A stretch of 64,000 bases of DNA, taken from the NCBI GenBank assembly GCA_963674865.2, contig CAXXYE010000009.1:1216001-1280000 (forward strand). Direction: 5' to 3'. The DNA comes from Candidatus Hydrogenedentota bacterium. Its GTDB lineage: Bacteria; Hydrogenedentota; Hydrogenedentia; Hydrogenedentales; SLHB01. The translations under genes and the position numbers were made by a program. The notes under the pieces were generated by a model. It searched no databases and was not told the origin of the DNA. It saw only the letters and a program-made list of their open reading frames with translations. This document shows, piece after piece, positions 18,797 to 28,168 of this stretch; position 1 is the stretch's first letter; every line of letters begins with the position of its first letter.

Positions 18797-21328
18797 TTAT
18801 TCGGAGTCCACCGTCCAGGGCATGTTCTCTTTCTTCATCAGCCAGATTTCGCTGGCTGTGGTGGCCGGCGGCTCGCCAGTGAGCGGCAAGAACTGAACAC
18901 GGATAGAACCGTCCTGCGTGAGTTCCTGGGGAATGTCGAACTCGAAGTAGTTGACGTCCTGCGCGGCCATAGGGATGCTGTCGCTGAAGACGACACCGTC
19001 CACGGCCAGCCCCTCCGTCAGATCGCGCGTCTGTTCCTTTTCCGTGAGGAATCTCGCGCCGACGGCAATCCGAAGTACGTACTCTGCCGTCGGATCTAAC
19101 TCCTCGTATTCGAGCGCGACGGCCTCACGATCCTTATAGCCGTAGGCCATGTTATAGTGGGAATGCCTCGCCGGCCCGAACACCGATCTGAATCGCCATT
19201 TCCTCTGCCCCATCACCAGGTGCTCGGAGACCTTTGGCCAACCCAAGTTGTCGTAATAGCCGCCTTCGCCGGGATCTTCGTACCGCAGGATCATCCGGGC
19301 AGTGTTGCGCATGCGCACCTCGCTGTTGGAGTCGAGCGCCTCTTGGAGTGTTTTCTGCCACCAGCCGACCTCCGCCAAATCGTAGCGATCAACGAGAAAA
19401 CACGCAGGATCCCTGTAACCCACCACGGCGTTGGACTCTTCGCCGCGTTGGGCCGCTTCATCGCGAATGGCCGTCATTTCGGCAGTCTCGAGTTGCTCGT
19501 CCAAGGCATCGAGGGCTTTCTCTATTGCGGCGCGAGGCGCCTCATCCGCCGTAGCAAGATGCCGGGCCGCCTCCTGCTTCAAGTCCTCGCCATGCTCCAG
19601 CGCCAATTGGACATAGCGATCCGTCAGCGCCTTCGCCATCATCACGCGCCAGCGCCAATCCGTCCGCAGCAGGTTCTCGGGGATCTTCTTGCCTGCCGAG
19701 CGCAGCAGATCCACCGCCTGGGCAAAGCCGGCTTGTCCTACGACGGGCCCGCTCATCGTCTCTTCCGCAATGAAGATCGCTCGAGCGACTTCCGGGGCGG
19801 CCGCCGGGCCAAACCAGTACCGGCAGTATTCCTCCGTCAAGGCCTCGGCGCTCTGGTTGGGATTCCACAGCAGCCGAAACCAGAGCCACTTGTTGAAATC
19901 ATCGTGCATGCCCTCGGTGTAGAAGATGATTCCGGCCGCGTAGTGGAGTGTCTCCTGCGCGGCCGCATAATAAGCACGAGGCCGTGCGTTCCACGCCCGG
20001 CGGTCGTACACAGCGCCCAGCGCGAAATTCGGATCCGGCACTTCGTATTGCCCCTTTATCCAGTGCGAGATGTCCGGAAAGAGCGTGATATGCGTAGTGG
20101 GCGGCAGTTGGTGATGCAAATACTTCAGGTGATTCCCGATATATCCGAATCCCTCGTATTCGAAGTAGCGGGGATTGACGGGGCCGCGCAGGAAGTCCCG
20201 CATCTCGTTTGAGCCCGGGCCGTAGTGGAGCGCGTAGAGCCAGCTCGCATCGTGGGTGTTTAAGTAGTCGAGCAGCGCCTGATGGCCCTCATTGCTGAGC
20301 TCCTGATTGGTGGTGAGTACCTTGGCATCCGGCAGATGCTTGTGCAGCAAGTCGGCGACATCGTGCAGCAACTTGATATACGTACCGCCCCAAGGCATGC
20401 AGCGCTCGCAGCGGCAACCGCCGGGATCGCCCGACTTGCTCACGAAGAAGTCGTAAGGCTTCATCTCGCTGAACATGGCGTCGTAGGAGTCCAGAAGCGC
20501 CTGCCTGGCTTCGGGCACTGAAGGGCATACGAGCGTGGCCGCGTGTTTGTCGTCGGCCTGCCATTCCTTGGGCAGGCCTCCCGGATAGCCTTGCTGAAAT
20601 CTGTTAAGCTTGACCTCTATGAAGGCGAGCATGCCGTAGTCGGCGTGCATAATATCGGGATCCTCGCCGAGGCAGTTCGCGCCCTCCAATAGGAGGTCGT
20701 CCATGATCTCCTCACGCTCCTCCGCCGTCTGAGGCCGCAGGTTGCCATATTCGTGTGCCCGGCTGTTGGGGCCTGTCGCCCTTCCTCCGCGCAGGGAGAA
20801 CGCAGGTTCGTCCGTCACATCCATGGTGGGAACTACCACGCCGTTGGGAAGATACGTCATCGCCCTGAGCGCCCAGCCCGTGCCGTACATTAGGCCCCGC
20901 ACATCCGTCCCGGCGATGACAACAAAGTTTCTGCCGTCTACACGCCCCGACTTCACGACAAAACCTTCAGGATGCATCTTGTCGGAGTTGGGGAGCATTG
21001 GAGGCGCCGCAGCCAGTTTCTGAGCCAGGCGCTTGGCAAGGCCGTTACTCGCGAATGTACCGAGGACAAATGTAGCGTCCGCGTCAGGCAGCGTCGCCTC
21101 CTCCTTGGCCTGCGTGACAGTCACTGCACTCCGTTTCAGAATCCGTTTGCTGAGTAGTTCGGCGACTTTCTTTTCAGGCCTGCTGCTTTCCGTGCCCGTG
21201 ACTATCACGATACGTCTGGCCATGGCGTCTTCATCGTTGGCGTAGCTCTTGGCGCACCGCGTAAAGACGATGAGAGTCGCCAAGGCAACGACGGCGATAC
21301 AAGAGGTCATGTAGGTATGCATAATCAT
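18797..21328 (-). CDS. Large exported protein, putative glycoside hydrolase
   Basis: Signal peptide; N-terminal PEGFVVKS...IAGTDVRGLMYG (GH20/GH67/GH115 N-domain-like), GDPGG motif, C-terminal beta-sandwich. Confidence 0.65.
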   Translation of the reverse strand: MIMHTYMTSCIAVVALATLIVFTRCAKSYANDEDAMARRIVIVTGTESSRPEKKVAELLSKRILKRSAVTVTQAKEEATLPDADATFVLGTFASNGLAKRLAQKLAAAPPMLPNSDKMHPEGFVVKSGRVDGRNFVVIAGTDVRGLMYGTGWALRAMTYLPNGVVVPTMDVTDEPAFSLRGGRATGPNSRAHEYGNLRPQTAEEREEIMDDLLLEGANCLGEDPDIMHADYGMLAFIEVKLNRFQQGYPGGLPKEWQADDKHAATLVCPSVPEARQALLDSYDAMFSEMKPYDFFVSKSGDPGGCRCERCMPWGGTYIKLLHDVADLLHKHLPDAKVLTTNQELSNEGHQALLDYLNTHDASWLYALHYGPGSNEMRDFLRGPVNPRYFEYEGFGYIGNHLKYLHHQLPPTTHITLFPDISHWIKGQYEVPDPNFALGAVYDRRAWNARPRAYYAAAQETLHYAAGIIFYTEGMHDDFNKWLWFRLLWNPNQSAEALTEEYCRYWFGPAAAPEVARAIFIAEETMSGPVVGQAGFAQAVDLLRSAGKKIPENLLRTDWRWRVMMAKALTDRYVQLALEHGEDLKQEAARHLATADEAPRAAIEKALDALDEQLETAEMTAIRDEAAQRGEESNAVVGYRDPACFLVDRYDLAEVGWWQKTLQEALDSNSEVRMRNTARMILRYEDPGEGGYYDNLGWPKVSEHLVMGQRKWRFRSVFGPARHSHYNMAYGYKDREAVALEYEELDPTAEYVLRIAVGARFLTEKEQTRDLTEGLAVDGVVFSDSIPMAAQDVNYFEFDIPQELTQDGSIRVQFLPLTGEPPATTASEIWLMKKENMPWTVDSE

Positions 21329-21387
21329 TCCTTTGGATGTTCGGGGGCCTAGTCCTGAGTGCTTCCTAAGTGCTTCTATCTACTTGC

Positions 21388-21416
21388 TTTATAGCAAGAT
21401 GCGTGCGTGAGGTCAA
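21388..21416 (-). promoter_or_regulatory. Sigma70-type promoter of the 843-aa gene
   Basis: Minus strand TTGACC-N17-TATAAA with TGn. Confidence 0.65.
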
Positions 21417-21542
21417 GACTGAATAAACGGTTTGGCCTCCAGGTGATGGCGACTGAGACAGGGGGATCGCCGCCAGTATTAATTGAAAAACACAGTATTC
21501 TTGTATGACTGCGCCGCGTAAGCGTCCAATTCCGCTTCTTTA

Positions 21543-21581
21543 CCACAACATATTGCGTATGGACTTAAGGTGTGCTACAAT
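21543..21581 (+). promoter_or_regulatory. Sigma70-type promoter with NrdR-like box over the -35
   Basis: TTGCGT(21553)-N17-TACAAT(21576) with TGn; box ccaCAACATATTGcgt at 21543-21558. Confidence 0.55.
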
Positions 21582-21602
21582 CCACCGAAGGAGGTGGTGC
21601 GC

Positions 21603-23756
21603 TTGCGATTCGGGAGGCGAAACAAGAACAGGCCGCCGGTTAGCGTGCGGTCGAATGGGGAACATTCCAGAAACGTTTCAGGCGCCGTGGCTTCTGAGGA
21701 GCGAAGTGCTTTGTTGTCCTCGGCTCCCAACGAAGCCGGTCCGCCGGACTTCCCGGAGGATGAAGCCGAAGCGTTTGACGATCAGACTCAAGCGCTGCTG
21801 ACGACGCTTGGCCGCTTCCAGCGACACGTCGTGGCGGCCCAGGGCGGGGCCTCAAATGACACCTGGGCCGAGGCGTGCATGGAGGAGTTGATCGCCGCGC
21901 TGAAGATCGCCATGACTCAGCAATGGGATGCCGTGCAGGAGGTGTTGACGGAGACGGGCCGCGTTCTACGGACCTACCAAGACGCCGGGCGGGCCCAGAT
22001 GTGCGTGCGCTTTCTTGCAGAGAGTTACGAGGTGCTGTGCCTGATGGTGGGCGACCTGATCGTGGGTAGCATCCGGCCTGGTGTCGTGCAGAAGTGGCGT
22101 GGCCTTTACGATTCGGTGCTGAAGGATGTACAGGCTTCCGGCCTCCCGCTTGTTGGTGATGCGCCTTCCCCGGGAGAGCCGTCGCAGCCGCAGGAGCTTT
22201 TCGACGAAGATACGGTGGACGAGGCTGTCGAGCCACAGCAAGACGGCGAAGAAGCACCTCCCTTTACGCTTCCTTCGCTGGACGAACAGCCCCTTGTGCC
22301 CGTAGAGGACCTTCCCACCCTTGACGACCTACCGCCCCTGGAGGGGGCCGTGGAGGCGGCAGCGGAGGATATTGAGCCGTCGGAAGAAGACGAGCGCCGC
22401 CATCTTGTCGAGGAACCTAACGAGACAGTACCCGCTGACGAAGGCTCTGAGGTAATGGCCGAGGAGGATATGGCGGCAGACGAACCCCAAGGCGATGTGG
22501 AGGAAGCGTACGAGCCCGTAGAGGATCTAGCGCCTCTCCCATCATTGGGGGACGAGTCCCTCATGCCGCCTGAGGTGGTTGATGAGGAGAACGCGTCGCA
22601 GGAGACAGCGTCGGAGGCCGATGCCCGCGAAGACGGCATCGCCCCGTTCTTGGATCGTCTTTGTGAAGAGTTGACGCGTGTGGAGCACTCCGAGCCGTCG
22701 GAACGCACTGATGCCTTCGTGCGGCTAGACGACGTGCTGGACTCACTTGAGCAGGCCGCCGTGGAAGACGGCCGCGAGCTGGCGCAGGAATTGTGTGCGG
22801 CTATGCGGGCAATGTGTTCCGATGAGGCCCTGAACGAAGATAGTCTCGACGACAAGTTTCTCGAACTGGCCTATGGCTTTTGTGGAACCTACGCCGAGGC
22901 GGCTTCTGATCCCCCGAGCGAGGGGAAATCTGGTTGGCTGGCCGAGTGCCGGGCGATGCTCGAGGCGCGCCGCTCACCGTTGCCGCCGGAGCCTGTGGTT
23001 GCGCCACCGCCGCCAGAGCCTTCGGTTGTGTCCGCGGATAACGATGAGGATGAGGCTGTCGAGGAAGTGCCGGTGGAAGCCGCCGCTATTCCGGACATCT
23101 TCAAGACGGCTCAGGAAGCGTTTCTGCGCGGCGATGTGGCTGATGCCAAACTTCTAGCTCTTCGGGCGGCAGCTGGTATCGCCAAGGCCGAGGCCGACAA
23201 GGCAGAGTCCTCCGTCAAGAAGGCGGAGAAGCGCCTGCGCGAGGGCGATGCGTCCATCGAGGCGGCGCGGGACGAGGTGCGCGGCGCGGAATCGGGCGTT
23301 TCGGAGGCAGCGGCGGAGGTTGCTCAAGGCGAACAGCGACTAGGTGAGATTCGCTCCCGCGGCCAAGAAATACAAGGTCAATTGGACGAGGCGGAAGCCG
23401 AGTTGGATGCTCTGGATGAGCGGATTCGTGAGCTTCAAGCGCAACGTGAGGCCCAAGCGGGACTGGCGGCAAAGGTCCGCGACGAACTGAGCACTGCGCA
23501 GGCGGAAGAGAGCGAGGCCGACGCGGCATTGAGCGGACTAGTGGCGGAGGAAGAAGCGGCCCGCGTACGACTCGAAGATGCCCGGCAAAGCATCAAGAGC
23601 CTGCACTTCCGGCGATCGGAGATCGAATCGGCCATGGAGAAGGCGCGGGAGGCCTATACGCGCCAATGCATGACGCTCAAGGATATCGAGCAGACTCTCG
23701 GGCATGTTGGCAGTGGCGGAGCAACCTCGCCGAGCGACGCCGAACTGCTTTTTTGA
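21603..23756 (+). CDS. Hypothetical acidic, helical/coiled-coil protein
   Basis: AAGGAGG RBS at 21588; helical bundles separated by D/E/P-rich linkers, long C-terminal coiled coil; start may be 21597. Confidence 0.8.
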   Translation: MRFGRRNKNRPPVSVRSNGEHSRNVSGAVASEERSALLSSAPNEAGPPDFPEDEAEAFDDQTQALLTTLGRFQRHVVAAQGGASNDTWAEACMEELIAALKIAMTQQWDAVQEVLTETGRVLRTYQDAGRAQMCVRFLAESYEVLCLMVGDLIVGSIRPGVVQKWRGLYDSVLKDVQASGLPLVGDAPSPGEPSQPQELFDEDTVDEAVEPQQDGEEAPPFTLPSLDEQPLVPVEDLPTLDDLPPLEGAVEAAAEDIEPSEEDERRHLVEEPNETVPADEGSEVMAEEDMAADEPQGDVEEAYEPVEDLAPLPSLGDESLMPPEVVDEENASQETASEADAREDGIAPFLDRLCEELTRVEHSEPSERTDAFVRLDDVLDSLEQAAVEDGRELAQELCAAMRAMCSDEALNEDSLDDKFLELAYGFCGTYAEAASDPPSEGKSGWLAECRAMLEARRSPLPPEPVVAPPPPEPSVVSADNDEDEAVEEVPVEAAAIPDIFKTAQEAFLRGDVADAKLLALRAAAGIAKAEADKAESSVKKAEKRLREGDASIEAARDEVRGAESGVSEAAAEVAQGEQRLGEIRSRGQEIQGQLDEAEAELDALDERIRELQAQREAQAGLAAKVRDELSTAQAEESEADAALSGLVAEEEAARVRLEDARQSIKSLHFRRSEIESAMEKAREAYTRQCMTLKDIEQTLGHVGSGGATSPSDAELLF

Positions 23757-23888
23757 GTTCCAGGAAGCTCCGCCGACATTTGCACGGCGGCGCGCTATTC
23801 ATTTCAGGTCGTGCCGGGCGCTTTGTCTTCAAGGGCGTTGCGCGTGAGGCCAGTAGCCAAACCGGCGCGGTCCGTAGATTCCTGACCG

Positions 23889-25250
23889 TTGCGCAGTTTC
23901 CTAGGGCGGCTCAAGGCATCGGCGCAAGTCAGCCGGACACCGATACAAGGGCAAGCGGGAGAGAGAGTATTGCGGGCCAAGGCCGATACGGTGGGCGTAA
24001 TCGATTTCGGATCGCGCGAGATCCGGGTGCTCATCGCCAGAAAGAACGACGACGGTTCCATCCAGGTGCTTGGCCACGGGGTGGCCCCGGGGCACGGCAG
24101 CGTCTCTCAGGGGGTCATTCAGGATCTGCACGCCACGCAAGTGGCGCTCAATCGCGCGTTGGCCTCCGCGGAAAAGGAGGCGCGCACCAAGGTCGGTTCC
24201 CTGTTTTGCGGAGTGAACGGGAAGAACGTGGAGACCTTCATCCGCGAGGGCAAGGTAAAGCTCGAGCGAGAGATCGTCGAGCAGCAACACCTTGACGAAG
24301 CTCTGGATATCGCTTCCCGCGAAATCCTCTCACCCGGCAAACGGATCACATCCTCGATTTCAGCGCAGGAGTGGTACGTCGACGAGCTGCGCGTGATCGA
24401 CCCAATCGGCATACGCGGACACGTGCTCAAGACGCGCGTGCATTTCGCGCGGCTTCCGGCGGTGATCGAGGACAACATCATCAGTTGCATCGAGTCGGCT
24501 CACCGGGAACTCGAAGACTTTATCTTTCTTCCTCTTGCCTCGGCCCTCGGGTGCCTGACACCGGAGGATATGGAACTCGGTGTGGCGGTGCTGGATCTGG
24601 GCCGCAGCACGACGGGGCTGGCCGTGTATCGTGACCACCGTATTCTGGGCACCCAATGCTTCGAGTGGGGCGGATACCACATCACGCGCGATGTGGCTGC
24701 GGGCCTGCAGGTTTCATTTGAAGAGGCGGATGAACTTATTTCGGAATACGGGATCTCGGATGAATCCATACGGGCCGAGGCATCAACGGGCGAAGACGAG
24801 ACGCCTCGCCGGGACGAGCGAACCGCCCGAATCAAACTCAAGACGGTCGTGCCGGGGGCGGAATCGATCGTCGAACGGCGGGAACTGGACGAAATCATCT
24901 TCGAGCGTGCCAAGGAGCTTCTTGTCAAAGTGCGGCAGTACCTGCACTCTCGCGGCATGATGAAGAACCTGGTGCGTGGGGTGGTCTTCACCGGTGGCAC
25001 GGCAGCCATCAAGAATCACGTGGCACTTGCGGAGGCCGTCTTTCAGGTTCCCTGCCGCCTAGGGCTCCCGCACGCCGTCGAAGTGATCCCGCAAGGCGTG
25101 AAAGGCCCTGAGTTCTCCGCAGCAGTCGGGATTGTGCGCCACGGCTTCGATTTTCGCGACGCGGCCCGCAATGGCCGCGTCGAGCCGCGCGGGCCCGTAG
25201 CCTCACGCTTCCGCCGGTTGGGGCGGTTCCTTAGGAAGTACTTCATTTAG
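23889..25250 (+). CDS. ftsA: Cell division protein FtsA
   Basis: IDFGS, SHS2-like insert, LTPEDMELGVAVLDLG, GGYHITRDVA, GVVFTGGTA, C-terminal amphipathic helix RFRRLGRFLRKYFI. Confidence 0.9.
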   Translation: MRSFLGRLKASAQVSRTPIQGQAGERVLRAKADTVGVIDFGSREIRVLIARKNDDGSIQVLGHGVAPGHGSVSQGVIQDLHATQVALNRALASAEKEARTKVGSLFCGVNGKNVETFIREGKVKLEREIVEQQHLDEALDIASREILSPGKRITSSISAQEWYVDELRVIDPIGIRGHVLKTRVHFARLPAVIEDNIISCIESAHRELEDFIFLPLASALGCLTPEDMELGVAVLDLGRSTTGLAVYRDHRILGTQCFEWGGYHITRDVAAGLQVSFEEADELISEYGISDESIRAEASTGEDETPRRDERTARIKLKTVVPGAESIVERRELDEIIFERAKELLVKVRQYLHSRGMMKNLVRGVVFTGGTAAIKNHVALAEAVFQVPCRLGLPHAVEVIPQGVKGPEFSAAVGIVRHGFDFRDAARNGRVEPRGPVASRFRRLGRFLRKYFI

Positions 25251-25369
25251 AAGTCTGGCCTGAAAGCGCGGTTCCCGGTGGGATGCGGCCAGAAAGCACT
25301 TGTGAGTCCACTTTTCTCAACGCCCAGAACTGTCGGTCCCCGTCATTCGGTGGCTTTCTGGCCGCACTC

Positions 25370-25984
25370 CTAGCGCGATCTTGGGGGAACGGAGAGCAGG
25401 CGATGCACGGCGTCGCGCAAGGCAGGCACCACATCGCGCTCAAACCAGGGATTCTTCCGTAGCCAGGCTAGATTTCGGAAGGATGGATGGGGGAGAGGGA
25501 TGTATTCGGGCGCATAGTCACGCCAAGCGCGGACGGTTTCCGTCAACGTCCTTCCCGCCCGCCCGCCGAGATAGTGCTTCTGCGCATAGCTTCCGGCAAG
25601 GACGGTGAGTTCGATGTGGGGCAGGTGCGCCAGGAGTCGCGGTAGCCAGAGGCGGGCGCATTCCTTTCGGGGGGGCAAGTCGCCGCCGCGCGGATTGCGG
25701 CCAGGATAGCAGTATCCCATGGGGATGATGGCGAAGCGGGATTCATCGTAGAAGGTTTCGCGGCGGACTTGCATCCACTCGCGGAGACGATCGCCGCTGG
25801 GGTCGTTCCACGGCAGGCCTGTCTCGTGGACGCGCGTCCCCGGGGCCTGGCCGACGACGAGAATCCGCGCAGAAGCCCGCCCGCGCACAACGGGCCGGGG
25901 GCCAAGAGGCAAGTCCGATGCGCAGGCCCGGCAGGCGCGCACTTCCGCGAGGACCCTGTCCAAGGCGGCTTGTTCGTCAGGCAA
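25370..25984 (-). CDS. Uracil-DNA glycosylase family protein
   Basis: CRAC, GQAPG, WNDPSGDRLREW, CYPG, GDLPPRKEC, LPHPSFRN. Confidence 0.9.
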   Translation of the reverse strand: MPDEQAALDRVLAEVRACRACASDLPLGPRPVVRGRASARILVVGQAPGTRVHETGLPWNDPSGDRLREWMQVRRETFYDESRFAIIPMGYCYPGRNPRGGDLPPRKECARLWLPRLLAHLPHIELTVLAGSYAQKHYLGGRAGRTLTETVRAWRDYAPEYIPLPHPSFRNLAWLRKNPWFERDVVPALRDAVHRLLSVPPRSR

Positions 25985-25988
25985 CAGC

Positions 25989-27038
25989 TCACCTCATTTC
26001 GGCCGGGCGTGGGAGGCCGCACGCGGCGACGCGGAACACGAGCCGGAGGAGCCGGTTGCTGAATCCGCAGAGGCGCGTGACGACAATTGTCGCCTTCACG
26101 GCCCTGCGGGAGATTTTCACTTGTGCCCCCGATGTGAATGCGCGGTTTCTGTTGATTTTCCGCAGCGTCAGGACGGCCATACCAAGCGCCCACAAACAGA
26201 ACTCGCGGATGCCTTGCTCCGACTTGGGGAGAAGCAGCGTGTATTTCAGCGCGTTCTCGAGGTGGCCCCGCGCTGTCCCGATAAGATACGCCAGTCCGGC
26301 CTCGAACCCCCTATCGCCGTTGGTGGCCGGAGAGAGGTCCTTGAGATCATATGCGTCAAACACGTCCTGCGGCAACCAGCAGACATTTTGCTCTTTGTCG
26401 TCCCAGAGGTCTTTGAGGATGTTCGTCATCTGGAGGCCTTGGCCAAAAGAAACCGCGAGTTGCTCGAGGGACGCTCGCCTGGCCTCGATATCCGGTGAAT
26501 AGGCGCAGAAGAGCTCGGTAAGCATCTCCCCAACGACACCCGCCACATGGTAGCAGTAAGCGTCGAGATGGGGCAGGTCCCGGAGGCCGTGTTGGAATAC
26601 TCCTTCCTGAAACTCCTCCATGCCCTTGGACATGATCGTGAGGCAACGCGCCAATGCTGCCTGCTCTCGTGGCGGGAAGCTGTGGGTGACACGGATGACG
26701 CGCGGGGTGTTACGCACCAGGTCGCGTTCCGCTGGTAGTGTGCGCCCCGCCAAGAGAGGCGCCAACTCGCTGCCAAATGCTTCCGAGTCGCCTTCGCCCG
26801 TGGTAGCGGCCACAAACCGTTCGTAGAAGTGGCGCTTCTGCTCGAGCGTTAACGAGTCCGAATCCTCAATGGTATCGGCGATCCGGCATAGGAGATATGC
26901 GTTGCCGACAACATCCCGCAGCTTCTGAGGTAGGCGGGGTATGGTGAGGGCAAAGGTCCGCGACACATCGCGGAGAATGGCCTCCTGGTAGGCGATGTCG
27001 TCGGGTAGGCCCTTTGCGGTCTGTGCGGTAGTCGACAA
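25989..27038 (-). CDS. Squalene/phytoene synthase (squalene synthase type)
   Basis: VSRTFALTI, CRIADTIED, YCYHVAGVVGEMLT, GLQMTNILKD, VKISR. Confidence 0.88.
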   Translation of the reverse strand: MSTTAQTAKGLPDDIAYQEAILRDVSRTFALTIPRLPQKLRDVVGNAYLLCRIADTIEDSDSLTLEQKRHFYERFVAATTGEGDSEAFGSELAPLLAGRTLPAERDLVRNTPRVIRVTHSFPPREQAALARCLTIMSKGMEEFQEGVFQHGLRDLPHLDAYCYHVAGVVGEMLTELFCAYSPDIEARRASLEQLAVSFGQGLQMTNILKDLWDDKEQNVCWLPQDVFDAYDLKDLSPATNGDRGFEAGLAYLIGTARGHLENALKYTLLLPKSEQGIREFCLWALGMAVLTLRKINRNRAFTSGAQVKISRRAVKATIVVTRLCGFSNRLLRLVFRVAACGLPRPAEMR

Positions 27039-27121
27039 TGCTCAGTCCAAAACGAAGTGGTATAAGACGTGCGTCACCAAGAGGATGAACGTTATCTAGA
27101 GACTAGTGCTCCGCTCGCCCG

Positions 27122-27143
27122 CCTGTCAACTCACGTTGACAGG
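27122..27143. promoter_or_regulatory. Palindrome made of back-to-back TTGACA hexamers between divergent genes
   Basis: CCTGTCAAC-tcac-GTTGACAGG. Confidence 0.45.
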
Positions 27144-27243
27144 GCTTGCCTCTTGAAGGTTCCGGCCATCAGTTGTGTTTGCGCAATGCGGCCGGGGTGT
27201 GTAACGTGGTGGCCGGGGAAGAACAGCAAGAGGAGATACACCT

Positions 27244-27600
27244 ATGGGCGGTCTATGGTTAGGCGGTTTGGCCATGCAGCAAGGTTCAGCTCAGGGGAGC
27301 AGTGGTGGGCCTGCGGCGGGAACGGCCGGCCTCCAACGGCGCGTGCGGGAACTCGAACACCATATTGGGCGCCTGACCTTGCTGAACCAGGCGTTATGGG
27401 AGGTGCTTCGCGAAAAGGTTGGCCTTACTGACGAGCAATTGCGCGCGAAGATCCACGAGGTAGACTTGCGTGATGGCGTCGAAGACGGGCGGATGACAGA
27501 GACGGGGCTTGTCTGCCCGAGCTGTCGCCGGGTCTCTTCATCCAAACACTGGAAATGCCTGTACTGCGGGCAGGAGTTTGAGAGGCCGGTGATGGGCTAA
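27244..27600 (+). CDS. Hypothetical coiled-coil/zinc-ribbon protein
   Basis: AGGAGA RBS; VDLRDGVEDG, CPSC...CLYCG. Confidence 0.8.
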   Translation: MGGLWLGGLAMQQGSAQGSSGGPAAGTAGLQRRVRELEHHIGRLTLLNQALWEVLREKVGLTDEQLRAKIHEVDLRDGVEDGRMTETGLVCPSCRRVSSSKHWKCLYCGQEFERPVMG

Positions 27601-27632
27601 GGCGCTCTTGCCCATACGCGGAGGGTGAGCTC

Positions 27633-28124
27633 GTGGCCGTTTCAGAGCGTGATGTGAAGAACGCGATTGCCATCAAACCGCATCATTTCGTCGATATCAT
27701 CACTGCTTTTGGCGCCGGAACGACGGAATTCACACCACATCCCTATGGGCACGCCGTCCATACCGTGGCACGCGCCATTCTAGACGATCGAGACACGATG
27801 CTGGCGATTGAGCTGGGCGCCGACGCCATCTGCGAGCCATGCCTACACAATGTGAATGGGTTGTGCGATGACACCATTGACACATCGTTCAGGCCGGCGG
27901 CGCCCGAGTCTAAGCAGGGATGGAACCTGATGATCGATTGCCGCTGGTGCGAGCGTCTGGGACTCAGGCAGGGAGACTGCCTGACGGTGAGGATGTTGTG
28001 CGGGTTGATCCGGGAACGCGCGGGCGATATCACTGATATCTACCTTGAGATTCCGGCCGAACGCACCGCCGATCGCCAACACAACCTACAAGAGGGACTG
28101 ATGAGGTGTCTGTCGGGTGGCTGA
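27633..28124 (+). CDS. DUF1284-like Cys/His-rich protein
   Basis: KPHHF, DAICEPC, C...D spacing resembling DUF1284. Confidence 0.6.
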   Translation: MAVSERDVKNAIAIKPHHFVDIITAFGAGTTEFTPHPYGHAVHTVARAILDDRDTMLAIELGADAICEPCLHNVNGLCDDTIDTSFRPAAPESKQGWNLMIDCRWCERLGLRQGDCLTVRMLCGLIRERAGDITDIYLEIPAERTADRQHNLQEGLMRCLSGG

Positions 28125-28168
28125 GTTTCCCATCCGCCAGCTATGACGGAAGTAGAGAGGGCTCACTC

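Noticed and set aside
21570..21602. ORF-track start at 21570 (also extended starts at 2239, 2880, 4564, 40605, 52418, 62872, 63711)
   Set aside because: Overlap promoters or neighbouring genes; downstream starts have an RBS and/or signal peptide.
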